Positions 56,396 to 64,000 of a DNA stretch of 64,000 bases are shown in pieces. This stretch comes from an uncultured delta proteobacterium (lineage in GTDB: Bacteria; Desulfobacterota; Binatia; Binatales; Binataceae): NCBI GenBank assembly GCA_963834535.1, contig CAWICC010000004.1:667966-731965 (forward strand), in the 5' to 3' direction. The position numbers and the translations under genes were made by a program. The notes beneath the pieces are model-generated. The model ran no database searches, was not told the DNA's origin, and was given only the letters and a program-made list of their open reading frames with translations. Within the stretch, counting starts at the first letter, position 1, and the number at the start of each line of letters is the position of its first letter.

Positions 56396-59300
56396 CTATG
56401 ACAGGCGCGGCGGACCGGGCCGCCGGCGCAAATCGAGCGTTAAGGGAAACTGCGGATTCGGCTCGGCCGGCGGTATTACCATCGGTCCGGGGGTATGGGC
56501 CAACTTGGAGAAGCGGGAATTGCGCCGCGCTTCAGCCTCGTATGCATTTACCGGGAAGGTTTCGTAGCTGAGGCCGCCGGGATGAGAAACATGGTAGGCG
56601 CAGCCGCCAATCGAACGCCCGGTCCAGGTATCGATCAGGTCGAAAATCAGCGGGGCTTGTACCGGAATCGTCGGATGCAGGCATTGCGGCGGCTGCCATG
56701 CGCGATAACGGACACCCGCCACCCATTCGCCCTGCGTACCCGTTGGATGGAGCGGGATGCGGCGGCCGTTGCAGGCGGCGATATAACGTTCGCTGGTCAT
56801 GCCAACGACGCGGGCCTGGACCCTTTCCACCGATGAATCGACGTAGCGCGCGGTCCCGCCCGCTCCAGGCTCTTCGCCGAGGACGTACCAGGGCTCGGTC
56901 GCCTGCCGAATTTCGAGTTCGATGCCGAGGTAATTGACGCGGCCAAATACCGGGTAACGGAACTCGAAGTGCGGCGCGAACCATTCCGTCTCGAACGGAA
57001 AGCCCGCCCCCTTCAAGTCCGCCAGGACGTCGGCAAAATCGCGCGCAATAAAGTGGGGCAGCATGAAGCGATCGTGAAGCTGCGTATCCCAGTCGATCGG
57101 CGGCCGGGTGTAGGGGTGCTGCCAGAACCACGCGACCAGAGCCCGCACCAGCAACTGTTGCGTGAGGCTCATGCGTGAATGCGGCGGCATGTCGAATCCG
57201 CGCATCTCGAGCAGTCCCAGACGGCCAGTCGGGCTGTCGGGGGAGTAGAGCTTGTCGATACAGAATTCAGCGCGATGGGTATTGCCGGTCACATCGACCA
57301 GCAGATGGCGAAAGATGCGATCGACCAGCCACGGGGGACAGACGCCGTCACTCGGATCGGGAACCTCGCTGAAGGCGATTTCGAGTTCGTAGAGACTGTC
57401 TTTGCGGGTCTCATCGATACGCGGAGCCTGGCTGGTCGGCCCGATGAACATGCCGGAGAACATGTACGACAGCGACGGATGATTCAGCCAGTAGGAAATC
57501 ATGCTGCGCAGCAAGTCCGGCCGGCGCAGAAATGGACTGTCGGCGGGAGTGGCCGCACCCAGCGCGAAATGATTGCCGCCGCCGGTGCCGGTGTGGCGTC
57601 CGTCAACCATGAACTTCTCGGTGCCGAGTCGGCACCGGCGCGCCTCTTCATAAATGGCGGTGGTATTTGCGACCAGCTCGGCCCAGTCGTGCGCTGGCTG
57701 AACGTTCACTTCGATCACCCCGGGATCGGGCGTGACGCTGAAGTGACGAATACGATAGTCGAAGGGCGGGGTGTAACCCTCGATCACAACCGGCATTTTC
57801 AAGTACGCGGCGGTGTTCTCGATGGCGGCCAGCAATTCGATGTAGTCGTCGGCCAGCTTCAGCGGCGGCATGAAAACATGCAGGCGTCCGTCGCGCGGCT
57901 CGACGCATAGCGCGGTCCGAACCACCCACGGAGCCGACTCGCCGATTCCAGGCATGCGATCGCGGCTGCGATCGCGCTTGAGCTGTATGGAGGGATCCTG
58001 CGGTGACGCGTGTGTCGGTTCTGGCAGCGGACCGCGATCCGCCATCGGATCGAGCGGAATTATCTGCGGAACCTCATCCGGGGCTACCCACGGCAGGCTC
58101 GGCAAGGGCAGGCGCAAGCCGAGCGCGGAGTCTCCGGGTATCGCGTACAAATGCTGCCCGCGCAGCAGCCACAGTCCTGACTGCCACTCGGGACCGTGCG
58201 CGCCGTCCTCCCGTTGGATCGGAAGCACATAGCCTACGGGTGTCTTCAAGCCCCGATCGAAGACGCGCCGCACGCGCTCGCGGTCGCCGGCATTTTCGAG
58301 TCGATTGTCGGCCGCGTCGACGTTGATCGGCAAATTGCGCTCGCGCTCGAGATAGTGCACAGGATCCTCGAAGGCGGGTTTGACGTACTCGGGGTCGAGG
58401 CCGAGGCGGCGCGCGAGCATTTCGGCAAAGCGCTGGGCTTCGCCCGGTCCAAAGTTACCGTCCTGTTCAGGCTGGGCGAGCAGGGCGCGATCCTGCCATA
58501 GCGGAACACCGTCTTTGCGCCAGTAACAGCTCAGCGCCCATCGTGGGAGCGGCTCGCCGGGATACCATTTGCCCTGCCCGAAATGCAGCAATGCACCGGT
58601 GGCAAAGCGTTCACGCAAGCGATCGATCAAGCGCTCGGCGAGCACCCGTTTATCGACGCTTAGTGCGTCATAATTCCACTCCGGGCCCTCCATGTTGTCG
58701 ATTGATACGAAGGTCGGCTCGCCGCCCATGGTGAGCTTGATATCGCCGGCATCGATTGCCGCATCGACTTCGTAACCGAGCGCCTCTATTCGCTGCCATT
58801 GTTCTTCGGTGTAAGGCAGCGTCACGCGCGGATCTTCATGGATCCGAGAAACCGACATTTGGTGGGCAAACTCGACCTCGCAGGGACCCACCATGCCCGT
58901 CACCGCAGCGGCAGAGCCCGGTTCCGGTGTCGCCGCGAGCGGTATATGACCCTCGCTCGCAAACAAGCCCGAGGTGGCGTCCAGGCCGATCCAGCCGGCG
59001 CCGGGCAGATAGACTTCCGCCCACGCATGAAGATCGGTGAAGTCCTGCGTCGGCCCTTCCGGACCCTCCAACGGTTTCTGGTCTGGTTTGAGTTGGATCA
59101 GGTAACCCGAGACGAAGCGCGCGGCAAGCCCCAGATTGCGCAGGATTTGCACCATCAGCCACGCGCTGTCGCGGCACGATCCGCAATTCAGTTCGAGCGT
59201 TTCCTCGGGCGTCTGGACGCCGGGCTCCATGCGGATGAGGTAGCGGATGCGTTGCGCCAGATCCTGGTTAAGACCCACCAGGAAATCGACCGTCCGTTGC

Positions 59301-59713
59301 TCCTTGCGGCTGACACCCGCCATCAGGGCCTTCAGATGACTGCCGGCCGGCAGCGGTTCCAGATAGGGCGTCAGGTCTTTGCCGAGCCACTCGTCGTACT
59401 TGAAGGGAAACTGTTCCGCGTATGGTTCGAGGAAAAAATCGAACGGATTTATAACCGTCATTTCCGCCAGGAGATCGACTTCGACCGTGAAGTGATCGAC
59501 CGGATCGGGAAAGACGACGCGGGCCAGGTAGTTATTCTCGGGGTCTTGAAGCCAATTGAGGAAATGGCCGGGCGGGTCAATTTTCAGCGCGTAGGCTGTG
59601 ATCGGGGTGCGGCAATGCGGCGCTGGCCGCAACCGAATTACCTGCGGTGATAATTCGACCAGCCGGTCGTACCGATAGACGGATTTATGATGCAGAGCGA
59701 CGCGGATCGACAT
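56396..59713 (-). CDS. Large transglutaminase-family protein with a DUF2126 C-terminal region (1105 aa)
   Basis: 'MSIRVALHHKSVYRYD' (Bact_transglu_N). Triad contexts 'CGSCRDSAW', 'LHAWAEVY', 'GLDATSG'. About 800 aa of DUF2126-type sequence follow. Confidence 0.88.
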   Translation of the reverse strand: MSIRVALHHKSVYRYDRLVELSPQVIRLRPAPHCRTPITAYALKIDPPGHFLNWLQDPENNYLARVVFPDPVDHFTVEVDLLAEMTVINPFDFFLEPYAEQFPFKYDEWLGKDLTPYLEPLPAGSHLKALMAGVSRKEQRTVDFLVGLNQDLAQRIRYLIRMEPGVQTPEETLELNCGSCRDSAWLMVQILRNLGLAARFVSGYLIQLKPDQKPLEGPEGPTQDFTDLHAWAEVYLPGAGWIGLDATSGLFASEGHIPLAATPEPGSAAAVTGMVGPCEVEFAHQMSVSRIHEDPRVTLPYTEEQWQRIEALGYEVDAAIDAGDIKLTMGGEPTFVSIDNMEGPEWNYDALSVDKRVLAERLIDRLRERFATGALLHFGQGKWYPGEPLPRWALSCYWRKDGVPLWQDRALLAQPEQDGNFGPGEAQRFAEMLARRLGLDPEYVKPAFEDPVHYLERERNLPINVDAADNRLENAGDRERVRRVFDRGLKTPVGYVLPIQREDGAHGPEWQSGLWLLRGQHLYAIPGDSALGLRLPLPSLPWVAPDEVPQIIPLDPMADRGPLPEPTHASPQDPSIQLKRDRSRDRMPGIGESAPWVVRTALCVEPRDGRLHVFMPPLKLADDYIELLAAIENTAAYLKMPVVIEGYTPPFDYRIRHFSVTPDPGVIEVNVQPAHDWAELVANTTAIYEEARRCRLGTEKFMVDGRHTGTGGGNHFALGAATPADSPFLRRPDLLRSMISYWLNHPSLSYMFSGMFIGPTSQAPRIDETRKDSLYELEIAFSEVPDPSDGVCPPWLVDRIFRHLLVDVTGNTHRAEFCIDKLYSPDSPTGRLGLLEMRGFDMPPHSRMSLTQQLLVRALVAWFWQHPYTRPPIDWDTQLHDRFMLPHFIARDFADVLADLKGAGFPFETEWFAPHFEFRYPVFGRVNYLGIELEIRQATEPWYVLGEEPGAGGTARYVDSSVERVQARVVGMTSERYIAACNGRRIPLHPTGTQGEWVAGVRYRAWQPPQCLHPTIPVQAPLIFDLIDTWTGRSIGGCAYHVSHPGGLSYETFPVNAYEAEARRNSRFSKLAHTPGPMVIPPAEPNPQFPLTLDLRRRPGPPRLS

Positions 59714-60166
59714 ACGTAAGGAGCAGTGCTACCGGAATCACCATAATGAGTCACCTGCCAGTATGCGAAATTCGCGCCGTACTCGATGCTTCGCCATGGA
59801 AAACACGAGTCGAAAGGCCGCGATCGCGCGATCAGGGCGAGATCGCCAGTATGGTCGTGCATCCTGGTCTCAATCGCTCAATCTGAGGCCGCGGCGACAG
59901 ACCTCGCCAGGATTCGCCCGCGACCTGGCGATGACGCGAGACTGTGCGATATTCCCTGGCGGATGCGCGCGGATTAGGCACTTGTGCGAGGCGTAGCCGA
60001 CGCGGCGCTCTAATCCCGCTCGCCGGGCCCCGACGGCCGGAATCACTTATCGTTGCAACCGGCCCGGCTCAATGCGAATTCTAGAGCGAGATCGATCGGT
60101 GCACACCAGGACTGGAGCTCTCTCCATTGTACGCGGCCGCGCGAGAACGCTGGCGGAGAATTCAAG

Positions 60167-60601
60167 ATGACGGAGATTGAACGTTTGACGGCACTCGAGG
60201 AAATCGAGCAGGTCAAGGCACGGTACTTCCGCTGCATGGACACCAAGGATTGGGCCGGCTTCGAGGCCGTCTTTACGGCGGATGCGACGGCGGATTATTC
60301 GTCGGAGGGCGACCCTAAAGAATGGTCGGCGGCGGGCGTCGCAAAGATCGTGGCTTTGGTGCGCAAAGCGGTGGGTCCGGCGATCACAGTTCATCACGGA
60401 CACATGGCTGAGGTGGAGTTAGTCTCGGCCACCAGCGCACGAGGCATTTTTGCGATGGAGGACCTGATCTGGTGGCCGGAGGGCGCGCGCCGCAAGACCC
60501 TGCATGGTTGGGGTCATTACCACGAAACCTATGAAAAGATTGACGGAAAATGGTTGATCAAAACGCTCAAACTGACCCGGCTACGGGTCGAAGAGACCTG
60601 A
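60167..60601 (+). CDS. SnoaL-like / NTF2-family protein
   Basis: 'LEEIEQVKARYFRCMDTKDWAGFEAVFTADA', 'HYHETYEKIDGKWLIK'. ATG at 60167 after GGAGAA. Confidence 0.78.
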   Translation: MTEIERLTALEEIEQVKARYFRCMDTKDWAGFEAVFTADATADYSSEGDPKEWSAAGVAKIVALVRKAVGPAITVHHGHMAEVELVSATSARGIFAMEDLIWWPEGARRKTLHGWGHYHETYEKIDGKWLIKTLKLTRLRVEET

Positions 60602-60996
60602 GAATTCGCCGACGAGACCGTCTTGTCCCATTCGTCGGCCCGCGCCGATGATTCTCTCTGGAGATCTTCAATTGGCGGCTGAAAGCGGAGCGTGCTTGCG
60701 CCAGACGCAAGATGGACTAAAACCCGCGTCACGTGCGCGCATACGCGCTCTGCTGTCGCCGTCGACCCTTTTCGCACCCTGATAGCCGCTCTCTGAATCA
60801 AGCTAATCCATTTCAGCGGTCACAATCTCATGGCCGCCGATGATTAGTTATTCTTATTTAAGTTATAAGAAAGTTATTTAGGCTCTATCTAGAGGCCTTG
60901 GTATTTAAATGTTTCCCTTATTTATGTTAGTCTATAGCAAGTTTAGCGATGCGACTGTTAGTCAACAATAGATGACTCTCAGTTTAGCGGGAGCGA

Positions 60997-61419
60997 ATGG
61001 CAAAATCCAAAAAGCGGACTCTCGGACAAGTGCTTCGGGACCGGCGTCGTCAACTTGACCTGACGCAACAAGCGGTGGCGCGCAGAATCAAAACTTCGAC
61101 GCCCTACATCGGCCATCTCGAAGCGGGTAAACGTCGCCCGTCGGATGCGGTGCTGAGCCGACTCGCGGACGTTTTGGCGCTCAATCGCAGGGACTTGTTC
61201 ATCCTGGCCAATCCGAAGGTGATTGAGTTGCTGGGATCGACCGAAGGCGGCAATTCGGCATGGGATCTTTTCAGTCGGGACCCGCAGATTCGTCAAGTCC
61301 ATAAGATAACACCGGAAGAAATCGAGCTCTTGGCGAGAGTTGCGCAGATGGGCGAAGTAAATTCGCCGCGGGATTTTATCTTTATCTTGCAGGCCGTGCG
61401 GCAAGCACTCGGCCGCTGA
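60997..61419 (+). CDS. XRE-family helix-turn-helix transcriptional regulator
   Basis: 'LGQVLRDRRRQLDLTQQAVARRIKTSTPYIGHLEAGKRRPS'. The C-terminal 70 aa are unassigned. Confidence 0.8.
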   Translation: MAKSKKRTLGQVLRDRRRQLDLTQQAVARRIKTSTPYIGHLEAGKRRPSDAVLSRLADVLALNRRDLFILANPKVIELLGSTEGGNSAWDLFSRDPQIRQVHKITPEEIELLARVAQMGEVNSPRDFIFILQAVRQALGR

Positions 61420-61664
61420 GTATCGGCCGGCGTCCACAGTTTGAGAAGGCACCCCGCCGGCGACGCCACCGGACTCGGCACAACTGCTTTGCCCATCCCA
61501 CGCGCCGCCACTCCATACGCAAAGTTTAATTTCTATACAATCAGCCGTTTGATCTCTCGTCAATTAGTCTATATCGTTCCCTAAAGAGCGTTTGAGTCGA
61601 TATTTGCTAAATGGGATTGAGCCGGTGAGCTTGTAAGTAATAATCGCTCGCACGTGGGCCGCCA

Positions 61665-62546
61665 ATGCAATCGTCGAAGGATGAAACAATCGGAGCCAAG
61701 GACCCGGCAGAGGTTCTGGGCATGAGGCCACTGCTATCAAGCGCGAAATTGAAGTGTGATGGCGTGCGCATCGAGAGCTACAGCGTTGCGGCATGTGGAC
61801 CCACTCCGCGGTTCTGCTACACCGACCGTCACTGCCTATCCCTTTTGCGAGAAGGCACCGCCACGGAACATCGAGAGCCAACTCCGAAAATCTGGTATCC
61901 GGATACCATTTGGATATCCCCGATGGGACATCCTCACTCCAGCTTTACCTTTTCGAATTTCAAATCGACAATCGTGATGTTGGACCCGGCGTTTGTACGG
62001 CAAACCGTGGGCGACGCCGTCAATACGGAAGGATTGGAACTCACACCTTTGCAGTCCAATCGCGACAAAGCGTTGGCGCGGCTGTTAATCGCGGCTGAAG
62101 TTGACATCGAGTTGGGACTGCCGGGAGGCCGCCTCTGGCTGGAAACTTTCGGAGCGGCGCTCGCGGCACATTTGCTGACGCAACACTCATCAAAGCGCGT
62201 GGTGCCAAAAGAGTACGGCGGCAAGATGCCCAAACATCTGTTGCGCCGCGCCATCGACTTCATCCATGAAAATCTGGGAAGAAACATAAGTCTCGCCGAG
62301 ATTTCGGCCGAGCTTGATATGAGCCCGTATCATTTCTGCCGTTCATTCAAGCGAGAAACCGGGTAATCCCCACATCAGTACTTGACGCAAGAGCGCGTCA
62401 GACGTGGGGAAGAGCTTATTACCGAACACCGCCTCAGCATGGTCGAAATCGCCAATGAACTTGGCTTCAGCGATCAGAGTCATTTCACTCGGACATTTCA
62501 CAGCCTGATAGGAGTGACGCCGGCGCAGTATTCCGCCAGCCACTAA
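61665..62546 (+). pseudogene. AraC-family regulator interrupted by an in-frame TAA inside the HTH domain
   Basis: '...ISLAEISAELDMSPYHFCRSFKRETG' then TAA (62364-62366). The same frame continues 'SPHQYLTQERVRRGEELITEHRLSMVEIANELGFSDQSHFTRTFHSLIGVTPAQY' to the TAA at 62544-62546. Confidence 0.8.
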
Positions 62547-62872
62547 CGGTGCGGTGGCGAGATGCCAGAATTAAAGGCAAGGCGAACTTTGGTACGCGAA
62601 AAATAAGCGCAGGAATCTCCCAGTTTGAGCAAGATTGTTCAAGAATTCCTTATAAAACAGGTATGCACTGGGAGAGTCTGACAGCCTCTGTTTGACGGCA
62701 CTAGAGCTAGTCGCGGCAGCCCCGGTCAGGTCTTCGCCCAGCCGAGGAGCTCGTGCGGTGCAGAGAGTGACGAAGCCGCTCGGACGCTCTCAAATAACCT
62801 CCGCTGGCTCCTTCGAGCCGCGTTTGTGGAGGCGCGGAGAAAGTAATGCGTAACGGCATTGCAGCGTACGGG

Positions 62873-64000
62873 CTACGCCGAAGCCTCCGCGGACCGTATT
62901 CTTAGAAAGGCGTTGTCGAGAACGGTTGAGAGGGTCTGCAACGTTATTGGCTTAGCCACGTAATCGTCCATCCCGGACGCCAGGCAGCGTTCGCGAGCGC
63001 CTTCGAGGGCGTGAGCGGTCATTGCAATAATCGTCGTATGCCTCGCGAAACTGTCGCGGCGACGGATTTCGGCAGTGGTGGCGTATCCATCCATCTCGGG
63101 CATCTCGCAGTCCATCAAGACGAGCGCATAGTTCGTGTGGGACATTGCGGCGAGCGCGGACTTGCCCCCATCCACGGCATCGGCCAGATACCCGAGCCGC
63201 TCCAATTGGCGCTGCGCCACCTTGCGATTGACCAGGTTGTCGTCAACGACCAGGATGCGCTTGGGAGCCGCAGCGTCTCCATTGTCCGCGGGCCTCGCGC
63301 CTGACGTAGCGGCGGGTTGAGTTGTGGAATTGGTTTGTTCGGGAAGCGGCTCCGCGCACGCGAGCATGGCGCAGAGGGTGGTGTAAAGGTGAGATGGTTT
63401 GATTGGTTTGCTGAGCCAGCAATCAGACTGATCCCCGTCACCAATGGCGAGGGTTTCGGATTTTTTCGCGGCACCCATGATAATCACAGGCGTCTTCGTG
63501 AGGCCCAAATCGAGCCTGATCGTGCGGGCCAGTGTTAATCCGTTCATGCCGGGCATTTGAGCGTCCACCATAATCACATCGAAGGGCGATTTCTCAGGAG
63601 ATCGGCGGCGAATTACGGTCAGAGCTTCGTTGCTGTTTGTAGCCGTGTCCGCGATCATTCCCCACGAGATCGTCGCCGCAGCCAACGCAGCACAATTGGT
63701 TGCGTTGTCCTCAACGATTAAGATGCGGCGGCCGACGAGCGGGGTGGGTCGGCCTTCATCCTCGAGTACGGCCTGAGGTAAGTCGAAGACCGCGGCGAAG
63801 AAAAATTCCGATCCTTTGCCCACTACGCTCTCGAGATCGATCTTGCCGTTCATGCCCTCGACCAGCTTGGTCGAGATCGTCAGGCCCAAGCCAGTGCCGC
63901 CGTACTTGCGAGTAGTCGATGCGTCGGCCTGTAAGAAGGGACTGAAGAGGGCGGCCTGGTGGCCCTGCGCGATACCGATACCGGTGTCGCGCACGGCGAA
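62873..64000 (-). CDS. Hybrid sensor histidine kinase (HATPase C-terminus plus two receiver domains); 5' part is outside the window
   Basis: 'RDTGIGI', 'GGTGLGLTIS', REC1 'ILIVEDNATN...IMVDAQMPGMNG...SKPIK', REC2 'ILVVDDNLVN...VLMDCEMPEMDG...AKPI'. The frame is open to the window end. Confidence 0.88.
   Translation of the reverse strand, partial: FAVRDTGIGIAQGHQAALFSPFLQADASTTRKYGGTGLGLTISTKLVEGMNGKIDLESVVGKGSEFFFAAVFDLPQAVLEDEGRPTPLVGRRILIVEDNATNCAALAAATISWGMIADTATNSNEALTVIRRRSPEKSPFDVIMVDAQMPGMNGLTLARTIRLDLGLTKTPVIIMGAAKKSETLAIGDGDQSDCWLSKPIKPSHLYTTLCAMLACAEPLPEQTNSTTQPAATSGARPADNGDAAAPKRILVVDDNLVNRKVAQRQLERLGYLADAVDGGKSALAAMSHTNYALVLMDCEMPEMDGYATTAEIRRRDSFARHTTIIAMTAHALEGARERCLASGMDDYVAKPITLQTLSTVLDNAFLRIRSAEASA

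Noticed and set aside
59638-59886. Short ORFs (74 aa minus strand; 79 aa plus strand) overlapping the DUF2126 start and its upstream region, considered as possible precursor peptides
   Set aside because: They have no SD, they overlap the well-supported DUF2126 start out of frame, and they have no recognisable features. I cannot support them from sequence alone.
60979-61563. 194-aa minus-strand ORF
   Set aside because: It is antisense to the XRE regulator gene, which has a clear HTH motif and an SD. The minus-strand product has no motif.

Overview
High-GC, densely coding chromosomal segment from a diderm (Gram-negative-type) bacterium. I cannot assign a taxon. I recognise about 60 genes and no rRNA, tRNA, CRISPR array, transposase or integrase. 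Note that the ORF track renders GTG and TTG starts as M; several starts below were re-chosen using ATG plus Shine-Dalgarno (SD) evidence.

Layout:
1. 0.3-2.0 kb: an ECF sigma factor translationally coupled to an unusual Ogt-AdaN fusion protein.
2. 3.0-19.9 kb: a 17-kb co-directional minus-strand housekeeping train (tatD, metG, PSP1/ricT, holB, tmk, pilD, mutM, rsmA, tsaD, TPR, PBP1A, htrA, DUF1844, htpX, GT9). Many stop/start overlaps occur, and the order resembles the origin-proximal yaa/yab region of Bacillus.
3. 20-25.7 kb: cysK, larE-like, PAF-AH-like hydrolase, ispD, carD, rimI.
4. 25.8-29.1 kb: an orphan groEL (no groES) flanked by two paralogous Ala/Gln-rich Lpp-like lipoproteins.
5. 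29.2-33.4 kb: Zn-ADH, NUDIX, tandem Usp, fur.
6. 33.6-38.7 kb: an accessory metabolic cluster with a family III CoA-transferase, an alpha/beta hydrolase broken by two 1-nt insertions, and two tandemly duplicated LLM flavin oxidoreductases.
7. 38.65-39.19 kb: an intergenic region packed with perfect palindromes, including a consensus parS site.
8. 39.2-49.5 kb: menA, sppA, MFS transporter, NPP-type phosphodiesterase, hydrolase, DUF1302-like outer membrane protein.
9. 49.5-52.2 kb: a 745-bp ORF-free lower-GC gap, then a formyltransferase resembling the N-domain of 10-formyl-THF dehydrogenase, plus a BNR propeller.
10. 52.9-59.7 kb: a transglutaminase / circularly permuted ATP-grasp-AlphaE / DUF2126 operon. 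This is my best candidate for a functionally undescribed system.
11. 60.6-64.0 kb: a lower-GC island with an AT-rich operator-like region, an XRE regulator, an AraC gene carrying an in-frame stop, and a partial hybrid histidine kinase.
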